Virus record (IMG/VR): IMGVR_UViG_3300034683_000093
Span: 1 to 46,540 of that record
Length of the DNA: 46,540 nt
Source of the DNA: a virus
Lineage: Duplodnaviria; Caudoviricetes
Reading direction: 5' to 3' (one strand)
Part shown: positions 19,393-29,705 of the stretch, in pieces
Layout of the letters: the number at the start of each line of letters is the position of its first letter
Position numbering within the stretch: position 1 is the stretch's first letter
The notes under the pieces: generated by a model
Databases searched by the model: none
Told to the model about the DNA's origin: nothing
What the model saw: the letters and a program-made list of their open reading frames with translations, nothing else
Made by a program: the position numbers and the translations under genes

Positions 19393-20291
19393 TTTACAAG
19401 ACCTTTACTGTATATTATATCAAAGTATAAATCATCTTCAATCTCTTTGTATGTACCTAATAATCCGGCACAAACGCAATCTTCTAAGGGACATCGAATA
19501 TAAAAATCATTCAAACTATGTTGACATTTAGTACATACATTCATAGGTGTATAATTCTGATCTATTTCTACTATATTATTATAACAAAGAACTCCTTTTA
19601 ACTTATATAGTTTGTTAAAATAAATATCTAGATCAGATAATAATAAATCACCAAACTTTACATATTTATATTCATAATACCTTAATATATCAATTATTTT
19701 TTGATCTAATTTGTATAAATAGTTATCCAAAACCCTACCATTATTATACAAATATATATATGTATACTTTATACCATTATTTCTAAAAATTGACAAAACT
19801 TTTTCAATATTTTCATTAACAGATTTATCTATAACAATATGAATAAACTTAATTCTATCTTTTAAGTATAATACTTTATTCATTAATTGATCTAAATGTT
19901 GAATCATTGAAAAATGAAATGAAAATATAAAATAGAACTTCTTATATTTTAAAAACTTTTCAAAATAATCAAGTTCTTTGTAACCATTTGAAATAATATA
20001 ATATTCTATACATTTATCATCATTTTCGAAATAATCTAAAAATTTAAATATATTGGGATGCAATGTTGGTTCACCACCAATAAGTAAAGATGTATATCTA
20101 TTATCTATATTCTTTATAATATTTACAGTTTTATCAAAGTTTATAAGAAATAAATTATTTTGTTTACCAATATAACAATATTTACATTTGTAATTACATA
20201 TATTTATAAGACTGATTTGATAATTAACAATATTATGATTTTTTAAATCGTAAAATACATCTTTCAACCATAAATTCTCAATTGATTTCAT
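19389..20291 (-). CDS. Radical SAM protein with C-terminal Cys cluster
   Basis: CNYKCKYC, GGEPTLHP, SNG, C-terminal C...CTKC...CP..CVC; similar layout to 16883-17851. Confidence 0.92.
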   Translation of the reverse strand: MKSIENLWLKDVFYDLKNHNIVNYQISLINICNYKCKYCYIGKQNNLFLINFDKTVNIIKNIDNRYTSLLIGGEPTLHPNIFKFLDYFENDDKCIEYYIISNGYKELDYFEKFLKYKKFYFIFSFHFSMIQHLDQLMNKVLYLKDRIKFIHIVIDKSVNENIEKVLSIFRNNGIKYTYIYLYNNGRVLDNYLYKLDQKIIDILRYYEYKYVKFGDLLLSDLDIYFNKLYKLKGVLCYNNIVEIDQNYTPMNVCTKCQHSLNDFYIRCPLEDCVCAGLLGTYKEIEDDLYFDIIYSKGLVK

Positions 20292-21091
20292 TTTAATGCC
20301 CTCAAAAAATCTATAATGAACTGATCATTTTTTAAATGTAAATATTCAACAGAATCGTTGAATCTTTCTTTTATACCCATTATATCATCAACTTCAAAAA
20401 TAATATTCTTATTAAAATAATGACATTCCTTAATCAGTCTATTTGAACAATCAAATTTATGTTTTGGCCCTGTGTATACATAAGTAACAAATTTATCAAA
20501 TAAATTTTTTATAGGTGGAACTAAAACATTATTATCAAATTTTACATCAGATATTATTATTTTTGGTTCATATTTAACTAAAATATCTTTAACATAATCA
20601 TAAGTTTCATATGGTACATAAAATAAATAATTATCTGATTTATTAGTTGGTGATAAAAGAATATCAAAATATATTTTTTTAACATAATTTATATTTGTAT
20701 AACCAACCCAACTATCATTATAAATCCTATTATCTTGTAAAATATATTTATTAGGAGAAATAATACCTGTTTCTATTTCAACATTTTTACATCTAAATGC
20801 TACATAATTTTTACATAATACTTTTTTCTGACCATAAAACATAAAACCATCAGTAGAAATAATTGTTTCGTATATCTTATTTGGTTCAAAGTTGACAATA
20901 TTATTAATTAGTACTTTTGGATCTATTTTATATCTATACTCTATACATCTTTCTATAAAATCTATATTTACATTTTCTATTAGAAGAACTTTTACATCAA
21001 AATATTGTCTCAAATAATAAAAGTAATCCACCAACTCATAAACATGACCAGAATGTTGAACATTTGATTTACCATATGTTAAATATATCAT
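20288..21091 (-). CDS. Hypothetical protein, GT-B-like paralog family member 1
   Basis: GHVYE, YVKKIYFDI, FDCSNRLIKEC shared with 24013-24846. Confidence 0.6.
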   Translation of the reverse strand: MIYLTYGKSNVQHSGHVYELVDYFYYLRQYFDVKVLLIENVNIDFIERCIEYRYKIDPKVLINNIVNFEPNKIYETIISTDGFMFYGQKKVLCKNYVAFRCKNVEIETGIISPNKYILQDNRIYNDSWVGYTNINYVKKIYFDILLSPTNKSDNYLFYVPYETYDYVKDILVKYEPKIIISDVKFDNNVLVPPIKNLFDKFVTYVYTGPKHKFDCSNRLIKECHYFNKNIIFEVDDIMGIKERFNDSVEYLHLKNDQFIIDFLRALK

Positions 21092-22134
21092 AATTCAAAA
21101 ACCTTCGTAGGATCTTTTATTTTTTTATTAAATATAGTTATTGGAGTATATTCTACATTATAGCTACCTTTTTCAAAACCATCACATATAAACATAAAAT
21201 CACATTTGAAACACTTTTCTCGATATTCAAAAAATTCAAATCTGTGACCAAGTATTATTTTATACATTTCTCTGATTATTTGTATTTTATCAACGCTTAT
21301 ATAATAATCAATATTCTGAAAATCGTAGTCTCTTAAGTAATTGAACAATATGTTCCAATCAGTTAAATCAAATATGTGTTGTAACAAATTATAAATTTTG
21401 TTCCAATGTTTTTTATCTATTAAGCAATATGGAACATATCTTAATCTAAAGTTTTTATCAATATAATCTAAATACTTATTTAAAATAGTAATATTTCTAT
21501 TTCTATTTGAGTATAACTTTTTATCTTTTAACCCCCAATTATTTTCAGGTAATATATGTAAATAATTTATTGGTAATTTGTTTATATAATCAATATACTC
21601 TTCTATAATTTGTATATTTTCATCATTTATAGTTATATTAATAGATAATTTTATATTTGTATGTTTTATAATATTGTCAACTCCTTGCAATACTTTTTCA
21701 ACAAATCCATTTCTACCATATATTTTAGAACTCTTATCAATAGAATGTACAGATATTTTCATTTCTGATATTTTAGTATCTAAAAATTTACAAAATTCCA
21801 AATCATATAATTTAAAACCATTTGTTAATATAGATATATTATCTTTCTTATAGTATTTGTTTGATATATTTAAAATTTCTTCAAGATCTGGATGTATAGT
21901 AAATTCCCCACCAGAAAATTCAATTTTTTCAATTCGTAATAACTTAGCAAACTTTATCTGTTTTTCTATGTCATCTATAGAAATATAATCATCAAAACAT
22001 TTTTGATAACAAAAAGGACATCTTGCATTACATATATTACCTATATCAATCCATGCTTTACTATTAACTGGGTAATTTGTATTAATAACTAAATTATCAT
22101 ATAATCTATCTTTTAAAAATTTATCTATTGACAT
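21088..22134 (-). CDS. Radical SAM protein
   Basis: CNARCPFC, SGGE, TNG, RYVPYC, C-terminal CxxC-x4-CDG. Confidence 0.92.
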   Translation of the reverse strand: MSIDKFLKDRLYDNLVINTNYPVNSKAWIDIGNICNARCPFCYQKCFDDYISIDDIEKQIKFAKLLRIEKIEFSGGEFTIHPDLEEILNISNKYYKKDNISILTNGFKLYDLEFCKFLDTKISEMKISVHSIDKSSKIYGRNGFVEKVLQGVDNIIKHTNIKLSINITINDENIQIIEEYIDYINKLPINYLHILPENNWGLKDKKLYSNRNRNITILNKYLDYIDKNFRLRYVPYCLIDKKHWNKIYNLLQHIFDLTDWNILFNYLRDYDFQNIDYYISVDKIQIIREMYKIILGHRFEFFEYREKCFKCDFMFICDGFEKGSYNVEYTPITIFNKKIKDPTKVFEL

Positions 22135-23029
22135 AAAAGTCTACCACTTTTTTGATAGTATCATTAAACTTTGAACATTTAAAATTATACTTTTCCATAA
22201 ACTTTGATTGTAATGAATATCTAATATCATCATATTTTCTTACATTTTTAAACTGGTAAAGACCTTTGTTATTAAAATGGTTAGATATTATATTAAAAAC
22301 TTCAATAATAGATAATTCTTGCCCAGCTATAAATACTCTTTCTTCATCTATAGTATAATAGTTATCAATCATAAAACCAAGAATTTTACACACATCTTCA
22401 ACATATATCCATTGTCTTTTAGACTTACCATTATTATTTAAATAAGTTAATCGGTTGTTTAAAATATTATTTATAACTAAAGGAATAAATTTATCATAAG
22501 TTTGATATTCCCCATAAACATTTGTAGCATTAATTATTTTGTAATCTATATTGCTAAATCTTTTAAAAATAGATAAATAATACTCTGATACCATTTTAGA
22601 CAAAGAGTAAAAATTAGTAGGATTGTATTTATATTCAGTTTCAATATAAGAATCTTCTTCTAATTCACCAAATACTTCATCGGTAGAAAAGTAAATTAAA
22701 GGAACATTCAAATAATTTGCTAATTCAATTACTTTATTTGTTATTTCAATATTATTTCTAACAGTTTCATTAATATTATCAAATGAATAATCTACATTAC
22801 TTATTGATGCAAAATGAATTATAATTTCTACTTTATTATCTTTCAAATATTGGTAATCATTTTGTGTTAAGAAAACAATATCCTTACATATAGTATTGTC
22901 AATCCTTTTACCAAAGAAATTACATTGTTGTCTATCTATATTAATTATATTATATTTATTGTTATAATATCTATAGAAATTATAACCTATAAATCCATGT
23001 CCACCTGTTATAAGAATATTTTTAGGCAT
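22121..23029 (-). CDS. rfbB: dTDP-glucose 4,6-dehydratase-like
   Basis: TGGHGFIG, S.VD.S, STDEVFG, YSLSK, NVYG.YQ..KFIP, RQWIYVED; start set at ATG 23029. Confidence 0.82.
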   Translation of the reverse strand: MPKNILITGGHGFIGYNFYRYYNNKYNIINIDRQQCNFFGKRIDNTICKDIVFLTQNDYQYLKDNKVEIIIHFASISNVDYSFDNINETVRNNIEITNKVIELANYLNVPLIYFSTDEVFGELEEDSYIETEYKYNPTNFYSLSKMVSEYYLSIFKRFSNIDYKIINATNVYGEYQTYDKFIPLVINNILNNRLTYLNNNGKSKRQWIYVEDVCKILGFMIDNYYTIDEERVFIAGQELSIIEVFNIISNHFNNKGLYQFKNVRKYDDIRYSLQSKFMEKYNFKCSKFNDTIKKVVDFYVNR

Positions 23030-23031
23030 AA

Positions 23032-24009
23032 TCAATACCCCACTTCATCACTGTTTTTATGAAACCCATCACATTCCAAATAGTATGGACAACTATAACA
23101 TTTAGTTTCTCTCTTATAAGTATTTATCCTTTTATCAATAATTCGTTCAATAGATCTATAGTATATAAACTTATCATCTATTAAATCTTCATCTGGTAAA
23201 TCTTTAAAATTATTGTATCTGTAATATGAATAGAATATAGACCAATCTCTTAAATCAAATATATGACCATATAATGTTTTAACACTTTTATGATACTTTT
23301 CATTTATTAAACAATATGGAACATATCTTATATTTACTTCAATATCATTATCAATAAGATCTAAATACTTATTTAACTTATAGATATTTTTATTTCTTTC
23401 TACAAATTGATTATTATCACACCAATTATTTTCAGGTATAAAATTTAACTGTAATGGTTTTATATCATTAATTAATTTAATATAATTTTCAATATCATTT
23501 ATTGATTCTGTTGTCAAGGTATGATTTATTCTAACAATTAAATTATGTTTTTTACATAATTCTATAGCTTTTAAAATTTTCTCAAAAGTTTTTGAATTAA
23601 CAACTGTATTATGAACATATTCTGTCCCATGTAAAGAGAATAAAACTTCATTTAATCCAAAGTCTATAGATTTCTTTAGAAAATCCTCATTAGATAATTT
23701 AACACCATTACTTAAAATAGATACACTTCCGAATAGTTTAGTACTATATTCTAATATTTCAAAATAATTTGGATATATAGTTGGTTCACCACCTGATATA
23801 TCAACTGAGGCCATTTTTAATCTTTTAGCCATATCTATTTGAAATTTTATATTTTCAAAATCAATAATTTTAGTTAGATCATTTTTATAATAACAAAATC
23901 TACATTTAATATTACAAAATGTTCCTATAAATATCCAAGCTCTTTTACATAATTTCATATCTTTATTATATTTTATTTTAAGTTTTAAAGCTTCTAATGA
24001 TGGATTCAT
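23032..24009 (-). CDS. Radical SAM protein (paralog of 21088-22134)
   Basis: CNIKCRFC, SGGEPT, SNG, PENNW, RYVPYC, CxxC-x4-CDG. Confidence 0.92.
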   Translation of the reverse strand: MNPSLEALKLKIKYNKDMKLCKRAWIFIGTFCNIKCRFCYYKNDLTKIIDFENIKFQIDMAKRLKMASVDISGGEPTIYPNYFEILEYSTKLFGSVSILSNGVKLSNEDFLKKSIDFGLNEVLFSLHGTEYVHNTVVNSKTFEKILKAIELCKKHNLIVRINHTLTTESINDIENYIKLINDIKPLQLNFIPENNWCDNNQFVERNKNIYKLNKYLDLIDNDIEVNIRYVPYCLINEKYHKSVKTLYGHIFDLRDWSIFYSYYRYNNFKDLPDEDLIDDKFIYYRSIERIIDKRINTYKRETKCYSCPYYLECDGFHKNSDEVGY

Positions 24010-24012
24010 AAT

Positions 24013-24846
24013 CTATTTTATTAACTCCTTTATAAAATCTTCAATAAAATCATCTTTTTCTAAATCTATAGAATCCAAATCATCTTTTAATCTTATATCT
24101 AAAGCTTTATCAAAATAATCAACCAGAGACATATCGACTTTTTTACCAAAATATTGACATTCTTTAATCAGTCTATTTGAACAATCAAATTTTCTCTTTA
24201 CAGGTGTATAGATATAAGTAGAGAACAAATCGAACATATTATCAACTGGTGGTTTTATTGCATTTGGTAAATAATCACTAATAATTAAAGCATTTTCTAT
24301 TTCATAATATCTATCATATTCTTTAGTATATTTAGTTAAATATAATAAATTATAATTCCAGTTCTTTTCTTTTTTATATTTAATTATATCAAAATAAATT
24401 TTCTTTACATAATCTATAGATTCAAAACCATCAATACCATTATCATATATTCTGTAATCATATAATAAATACTTTTGTTTAGACAAAATATGTTTTCTGA
24501 AATTTTCAGCTATATTACTGCATCTAAATCCTATAAAGATATCAGTAATAAATAAATTATTTCGATCAATCTTTCCATCTGTAGAAAGTATAATTGAATT
24601 ATAGAATTTATTTAACTTTTTAATTTTATAGAAATATGTATTGCTCATTACTATATCTAAAAGATCGTCATTGAAATTATATTTATAAGAAACAATTTTT
24701 CGAAAATTAGTATATGTATTATAGTCAAATAATAAAATCTTAGGTTTAAACTTTCTTAATTTGTACCACATATCTATAACTTCGTAAACATGACCATTAA
24801 CTATAGAATGATTGTCATTTGAATAAGTTATGAACAAGTCTTTCAT
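24013..24846 (-). CDS. Hypothetical protein, GT-B-like paralog family member 2
   Basis: NGHVYE, YVKKIYFDI, FDCSNRLIKEC; ATG at 24846 behind GGAGA. Confidence 0.6.
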   Translation of the reverse strand: MKDLFITYSNDNHSIVNGHVYEVIDMWYKLRKFKPKILLFDYNTYTNFRKIVSYKYNFNDDLLDIVMSNTYFYKIKKLNKFYNSIILSTDGKIDRNNLFITDIFIGFRCSNIAENFRKHILSKQKYLLYDYRIYDNGIDGFESIDYVKKIYFDIIKYKKEKNWNYNLLYLTKYTKEYDRYYEIENALIISDYLPNAIKPPVDNMFDLFSTYIYTPVKRKFDCSNRLIKECQYFGKKVDMSLVDYFDKALDIRLKDDLDSIDLEKDDFIEDFIKELIK

Positions 24847-24930
24847 TTTCAATTATCTCCTAAAATTTGTTTTACATTTTTTAAAGCTCTATCCTCTATA
24901 TTCATATTAATCTGTTTTTCTATTCCATCA
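24844..24930. repeat. 87-bp exact direct repeat, copy A
   Basis: Identical to 25864-25950 (cattttcaattatctcc...ctattccatca). Confidence 0.93.
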
Positions 24931-25043
24931 TTTAATATCATATGTATGTACAATTTACTTTTTGTTACATATGTATTAGAAAATACATATACTAAAGGTT
25001 TATTTTTAATAGATCTAAAAACTAGTAATGACCTTTTCTTCAT
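24849..25043 (-). pseudogene. Chimeric 64-aa remnant ending in a duplicated C-terminus
   Basis: Last 26 aa (DGIEKQINMNIEDRALKNVKQILGDN) identical to the end of 25869-26678. Confidence 0.55.
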
Positions 25044-25044
25044 A

Positions 25045-25866
25045 TTACCACTCTAAATTATACAAATAATAACATTCTTTACAATCTTCTAAATGTAGAC
25101 AAACATCATTATTTAGATACATATTTAATAACTCATATGAAAATTTATATCCTCTATTATTTAAAGATCTACAGCATGGAATAATTATATCTTTTTCTAG
25201 ATCTATTTTAATTTTGTTAATATTAATTTTACAACTAATTAGTAATCTATTATATTTTCTTCTATTTATTACAAAATTAAAATATCTGCTAAATGAAGAA
25301 AAATACTTTTCATCTATATTATACTTTCTAAATATTTTTATACATTGTATAATTTGATCTAAATCTAAATTCCAAGTTCTATCATTTATATCAGATATGA
25401 TATAATATATATCTAAATCTTTATATTTCTTAACAAACTCTTCTAAATATTCTAAATTATATCTATGAACAATTACTACTTTATTAACACATTTAAAACG
25501 TTGTTTAACCATATCCAATTTTTCTACATCTATACCTTTTGATATTTCTTCTGTTATATGATAAATGATAATATCAAATAAATCATTAGGAACTTTATTA
25601 AAATCTGTTCCATTAGTAAATAATTTAAATTTGCAACTATACTTTTTCTTTAGACTTAACAGATTATTGAAAAAATTTTGAGACAATAATGTTGGTTCTC
25701 CACCAGAAATCTCATATATGTGATTATTACCACAAAAGTTAATTATTTGATCAATTTTGTTTAAAATTATATTTTCATCTGGTAATTTATATTTCATACC
25801 AGTTAAATCTGTACAATACGGACAATCCCAATTACATCTCGATAAACATCTTAAACAAATATACAT
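25045..25866 (-). CDS. Radical SAM protein
   Basis: CNWDCPYC, SGGEPT, TNG, C-terminal C...PCC...CKEC; ATG at 25866. Confidence 0.92.
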   Translation of the reverse strand: MYICLRCLSRCNWDCPYCTDLTGMKYKLPDENIILNKIDQIINFCGNNHIYEISGGEPTLLSQNFFNNLLSLKKKYSCKFKLFTNGTDFNKVPNDLFDIIIYHITEEISKGIDVEKLDMVKQRFKCVNKVVIVHRYNLEYLEEFVKKYKDLDIYYIISDINDRTWNLDLDQIIQCIKIFRKYNIDEKYFSSFSRYFNFVINRRKYNRLLISCKININKIKIDLEKDIIIPCCRSLNNRGYKFSYELLNMYLNNDVCLHLEDCKECYYLYNLEW

Positions 25867-25950
25867 TTTCAATTATCTCCTAAAATTTGTTTTACATTTT
25901 TTAAAGCTCTATCCTCTATATTCATATTAATCTGTTTTTCTATTCCATCA
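25864..25950. repeat. 87-bp exact direct repeat, copy B
   Basis: Identical to 24844-24930, 1020 bp apart. Confidence 0.93.
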
Positions 25951-26678
25951 GTTATATCATATCTATTAATATAAATTATTTCTTTATTTAGATACTTACA
26001 TTCTAGAATTAATCTAGGTGAATAATCATAATGTTCTTTTGACTTATATATAAAATACTTTGAAAACTTATTGAAAAAAATTGGAAGATAGTTAAAAAAT
26101 AATTGGTAATTTTCTATATTTTTATATTTGTTCATAAATTTTCTAAATTGGTCTTTTCGAATTAGAATAACTTTTTTATTTTGATAACTATTTAAAATAT
26201 TAACTATATCTTTTATCTCATCATCATTGTATATATCTATATAAGAAATAAGATTAACAAAAATATTATCTTCACAGAAACTAGGTTCTTGAATACCATC
26301 AAACCAAATATACTTTCCAATTTCTTTACCTATATTAACATCATATTTAAAACTACTTGACGTATTAAACCATAATAATTTTTTAAAATTTAAATGTTTT
26401 GTTTTATCTTTAAGAATCATTTCTTTAGATGTTATTAATATATCTATTTCATTATTAAATGAATCTATTATTAAATCTTTGTAAAATACTTTATATCTAT
26501 ATTTTTGTATTTCATATAGATAGTTTTTGTAATTATTGACTAAAAAATATGATTGATAACCATTAAATCTTAAAAACATAGAATAATCTAATAAATCCAA
26601 TATGGTTCCATTTAAGTTAAAGATATCATTAAAACTATAAAAACAAATTATATTGGGTTGTTTAAGAATTCTTTCCAT
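25869..26678 (-). CDS. Hypothetical protein, GT-B-like paralog family member 3
   Basis: NGTILDLLDY and YDYSPRLILEC align with NGHVYE and FDCSNRLIKEC of the paralogs. Confidence 0.55.
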   Translation of the reverse strand: MERILKQPNIICFYSFNDIFNLNGTILDLLDYSMFLRFNGYQSYFLVNNYKNYLYEIQKYRYKVFYKDLIIDSFNNEIDILITSKEMILKDKTKHLNFKKLLWFNTSSSFKYDVNIGKEIGKYIWFDGIQEPSFCEDNIFVNLISYIDIYNDDEIKDIVNILNSYQNKKVILIRKDQFRKFMNKYKNIENYQLFFNYLPIFFNKFSKYFIYKSKEHYDYSPRLILECKYLNKEIIYINRYDITDGIEKQINMNIEDRALKNVKQILGDN

Positions 26679-27361
26679 CTATCTCTCCAATATTCTACAT
26701 TGTTTAATTGATAATAATTATCCAATAAATATTTAACTCCACATCCTTCTGGTGATTTACCAAACAATTCTATTTCACAATTACAATTTATTGCCTCTTT
26801 TATAAAGTTAGGACAAAATTCAAACCAATCATCTACTATAAAATACTTTATATACTTAACATTTTTGAAAAACTCTTCTTTGTTAGTAGTGATATTAATC
26901 TTTGGAAATTTTCTTTTTAAAATAATCATTTCTTTCAAATTACCCATTACATAAAATGGATATATCTCATTATCCTTAAACCATTCTATAAATTTATATA
27001 ATTTGGATGTATTAGGTGTTAGATATGTTCCACAATATTCGTTAACTCTTTGAATCTTAAACTCGTTTGGTACATACATAAATGGAATATTTTCTTTCTG
27101 ACTAACATAATAATTATTAGTAACACATTTATTTCTAATTATTTTTTGATCTGGACCAACAACATAGTAATAATTATCACTATCTGACAATGTTTTAATT
27201 GAAATATTATCAAGATATAAGAAAAATGAACATGTTAAATCCTTTATGCTAATTTTTCGTATACAATAAAAATTTAAGACACTAAAATACTTTTTAAAAA
27301 AAGAACTATTTGACAATGAACCTCTTTTAGTCTCAGAATCATATATAATATTTCTTATCAT
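26648..27361 (-). CDS. Hypothetical protein, distant GT-B-like family member 4
   Basis: FEFCPNFIKEA resembles the acidic-x7-E motif of its neighbours. Confidence 0.5.
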   Translation of the reverse strand: MIRNIIYDSETKRGSLSNSSFFKKYFSVLNFYCIRKISIKDLTCSFFLYLDNISIKTLSDSDNYYYVVGPDQKIIRNKCVTNNYYVSQKENIPFMYVPNEFKIQRVNEYCGTYLTPNTSKLYKFIEWFKDNEIYPFYVMGNLKEMIILKRKFPKINITTNKEEFFKNVKYIKYFIVDDWFEFCPNFIKEAINCNCEIELFGKSPEGCGVKYLLDNYYQLNNVEYWRDRWKEFLNNPI

Positions 27362-28088
27362 AATCTAACCAACTTAATTTTTCCAAGTGTCTTTTGGCTT
27401 CTAAAATTCCATTTAACTTCATTCTTTCACTTTTAATTGTATAACTACTATTATGATTAAACTTATGTCTTGTATAAATATAGAATAAATTATTACTTTC
27501 TAAGTATATTGGATTATCATCATGAAATTGATAATGTCTCTTCATATAAATATGATCTTTATTATTACCAGACTTAAATAAAACAGGAAATAAGACATTC
27601 TTGTCATAATTTTTAAAGAGTAATTTTTTATCGTATAAATAGACTAATACTAATGGATAATATACTTGATAATATGAATGATTAGTTGATATAATTTTCT
27701 TGATTTCTTCTACAAAATAACTAGATAAACCATCATCAGAATCTAATTTAAATTCTATTACATCACTTGTGTAAGTAGTTAAAATATTTCCAATAAAATC
27801 ATCCAATTGTTTAGGATTAACATCATTAGTTTCTATTATTTCAAAATTTAAATTAGAAGACTTCACCAATTTAAAAAATTGATAAAATTTTGGATATTTA
27901 GTATTAGTAAATATTAACCAATTAAAATCATTATCAGTTTGATTAATTAATGATTGTAAAGTTATTTTTTCAAACAACTCTAATCTGTATTCTATATATT
28001 CGTTATTAAACAAAACGGATGGGTCTTTATCATCCCATCCTATATAATATTTACCTGTATTCCAAAGTGTGATTATATTAGTTATCAT
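27339..28088 (-). CDS. Putative rhamnosyltransferase-like GT-A protein
   Basis: RLELFEKITLQSLINQTDNDFNWLI and LDSDD motifs. Confidence 0.75.
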   Translation of the reverse strand: MITNIITLWNTGKYYIGWDDKDPSVLFNNEYIEYRLELFEKITLQSLINQTDNDFNWLIFTNTKYPKFYQFFKLVKSSNLNFEIIETNDVNPKQLDDFIGNILTTYTSDVIEFKLDSDDGLSSYFVEEIKKIISTNHSYYQVYYPLVLVYLYDKKLLFKNYDKNVLFPVLFKSGNNKDHIYMKRHYQFHDDNPIYLESNNLFYIYTRHKFNHNSSYTIKSERMKLNGILEAKRHLEKLSWLDYDKKYYI

Positions 28089-28089
28089 T

Positions 28090-28665
28090 TTATATTTTAC
28101 TCCATGTTTGCCATGTTAGATGTTTAGTAATTATAGATTCATCGGAATTATCACAAAAGTATCTATAATCATTTTCAATTCTTACATTAATATTATCACT
28201 AATAAATATTTCATCATAAAACAATTCAAATACTCTTGGAATTCTATTGATTCTTAAATAAACTTTGTATAAATTTATTAATTTTTGTAAAATATTAGTT
28301 TTTGGTAAACTATATAATACACAATTTTGTAAATATTTAAATTTATCTTTTGATATCATAAAATCAAATTCATAATCATAATTATCCAATGATTTTAAAA
28401 ATATCATATCAACATCAAAATAGAATCCGCCATATTTTTGAATAATATAAATTCTTAAAACATCAGTTAATAATGCTAAATTTTTATTTATTTTATCATT
28501 CTTATAAAATAACTCATAGAACTCTTCAAACTCTTTAATATTAGCATTTGTCCAAAGTATATGGTTATAATTGCTATTAATTCTCTTAGTATTTTCAACT
28601 AAGTCAATTACTTTTTTATTTATTTTACCTAACCATATTTGATGTATTGTTTTTATTTTTTTCAT
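28090..28665 (-). CDS. Glycosyltransferase, DxD sugar-binding (OCH1/GT32-like)
   Basis: IHQIWLG, DVLRIYIIQKYGGFYFDVD, H...TW. Confidence 0.9.
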   Translation of the reverse strand: MKKIKTIHQIWLGKINKKVIDLVENTKRINSNYNHILWTNANIKEFEEFYELFYKNDKINKNLALLTDVLRIYIIQKYGGFYFDVDMIFLKSLDNYDYEFDFMISKDKFKYLQNCVLYSLPKTNILQKLINLYKVYLRINRIPRVFELFYDEIFISDNINVRIENDYRYFCDNSDESIITKHLTWQTWSKI

Positions 28666-28687
28666 AGTTAAAATGAATTATATCTAA

Positions 28688-29326
28688 TTAAAGTTCACCA
28701 ATAATAATTACATCTTTCTTAAGATCTATTTGTGTTGGATCTGTTGCATCAGCTTGATATAAGTTTACTATTTGTGCAATATCACCATTTATTATAGTTA
28801 GTTGAACTTTAAATTCTACATATTTAATAAACTTATTTCTTGTAACTTTAAATTCATCATATATACTGAGATATTTTTCTAGCAAATCTAATAAATTAGC
28901 ATCCCCAGAATTTAAAATCTCTATGTATTTTTCCTCTCTGTTTGTATCAGTAATAAAATACCCTTTAGATGCTAATTCAATTGTTATATATATGTATTCA
29001 GAAAGGATTACCAAATCATCAAAATCATATTGTAAACCAGATAGTCTTGTTTTCTTATACGCATTCAATACAATACTATTGATTTCATTAACAGTTCTTG
29101 GTACTAGTAAGTAAGTTGATGTATCACTTATCTGTGTCAAATCATTTACATATATCTTATTTTCAAGAAAATTATTGTAAATGAAATCGTATACATTAGT
29201 ATCTGTGATAACAACATCATCAGGTGTTGCAGGAGCACTACCATCTGGAACTTCTTTAACATTTTTTAGTTTATACCTAAGTTGTCCATCATAAATTTCT
29301 TTAACAAATGATAATTGATAAGCCAT
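28688..29326 (-). CDS. Hypothetical protein downstream of the Cys-repeat gene
   Basis: 212-aa acidic ORF with strong AGGAGG RBS; no motif recognised. Confidence 0.75.
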   Translation of the reverse strand: MAYQLSFVKEIYDGQLRYKLKNVKEVPDGSAPATPDDVVITDTNVYDFIYNNFLENKIYVNDLTQISDTSTYLLVPRTVNEINSIVLNAYKKTRLSGLQYDFDDLVILSEYIYITIELASKGYFITDTNREEKYIEILNSGDANLLDLLEKYLSIYDEFKVTRNKFIKYVEFKVQLTIINGDIAQIVNLYQADATDPTQIDLKKDVIIIGEL

Positions 29327-29353
29327 AATCAGTACCTCCTAAATTATATTTAT

Positions 29354-29686
29354 CATAAAGTGCAAGAAGACACTCACCTCTATAGGTGGGTGTTGAATTG
29401 CACCTATAGTACATATACCATTTAAACAACCTCCTTGAAAGGTAAGTCAGGCTAAAGCCTGTAGGTCCACATCGACAATGTTATGCAGGGTTTTTTGGTA
29501 GTAGCACTTCTCCTACCCCTCAGAGATGTTTAACCACTACCCGCAGAGCATGGAACTTGTGGAGTATCCCATGGTGCCTATATATTCCTGCATAACGTAG
29601 CTAAAGAGTAATCCTTTTAGCTTAGGCTAATCAACTATGGCTTGTTCTTCACAAGCCCCCGCCTCTATAGGCGGTGGGTAGTTGAC
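29354..29686 (-). mobile_element. Non-autonomous IscB-derived miniature element, copy 2
   Basis: Colinear and highly similar to 5987-6322; MVYVL* at 29421-29404; ATAAA flank at 29349-29353. Confidence 0.88.
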
Positions 29687-29705
29687 AAATATTCTTATAC
29701 ACTAA
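29436..29705 (-). ncRNA. Orphan omegaRNA, copy 2
   Basis: Scaffold with compensatory changes relative to copy 1; ends approximate. Confidence 0.8.

Noticed and set aside
24844-25950. 87-bp repeat pair as a diversity-generating retroelement TR/VR
   Set aside because: Copies are identical with no adenine-specific mismatches and no reverse transcriptase is in the window
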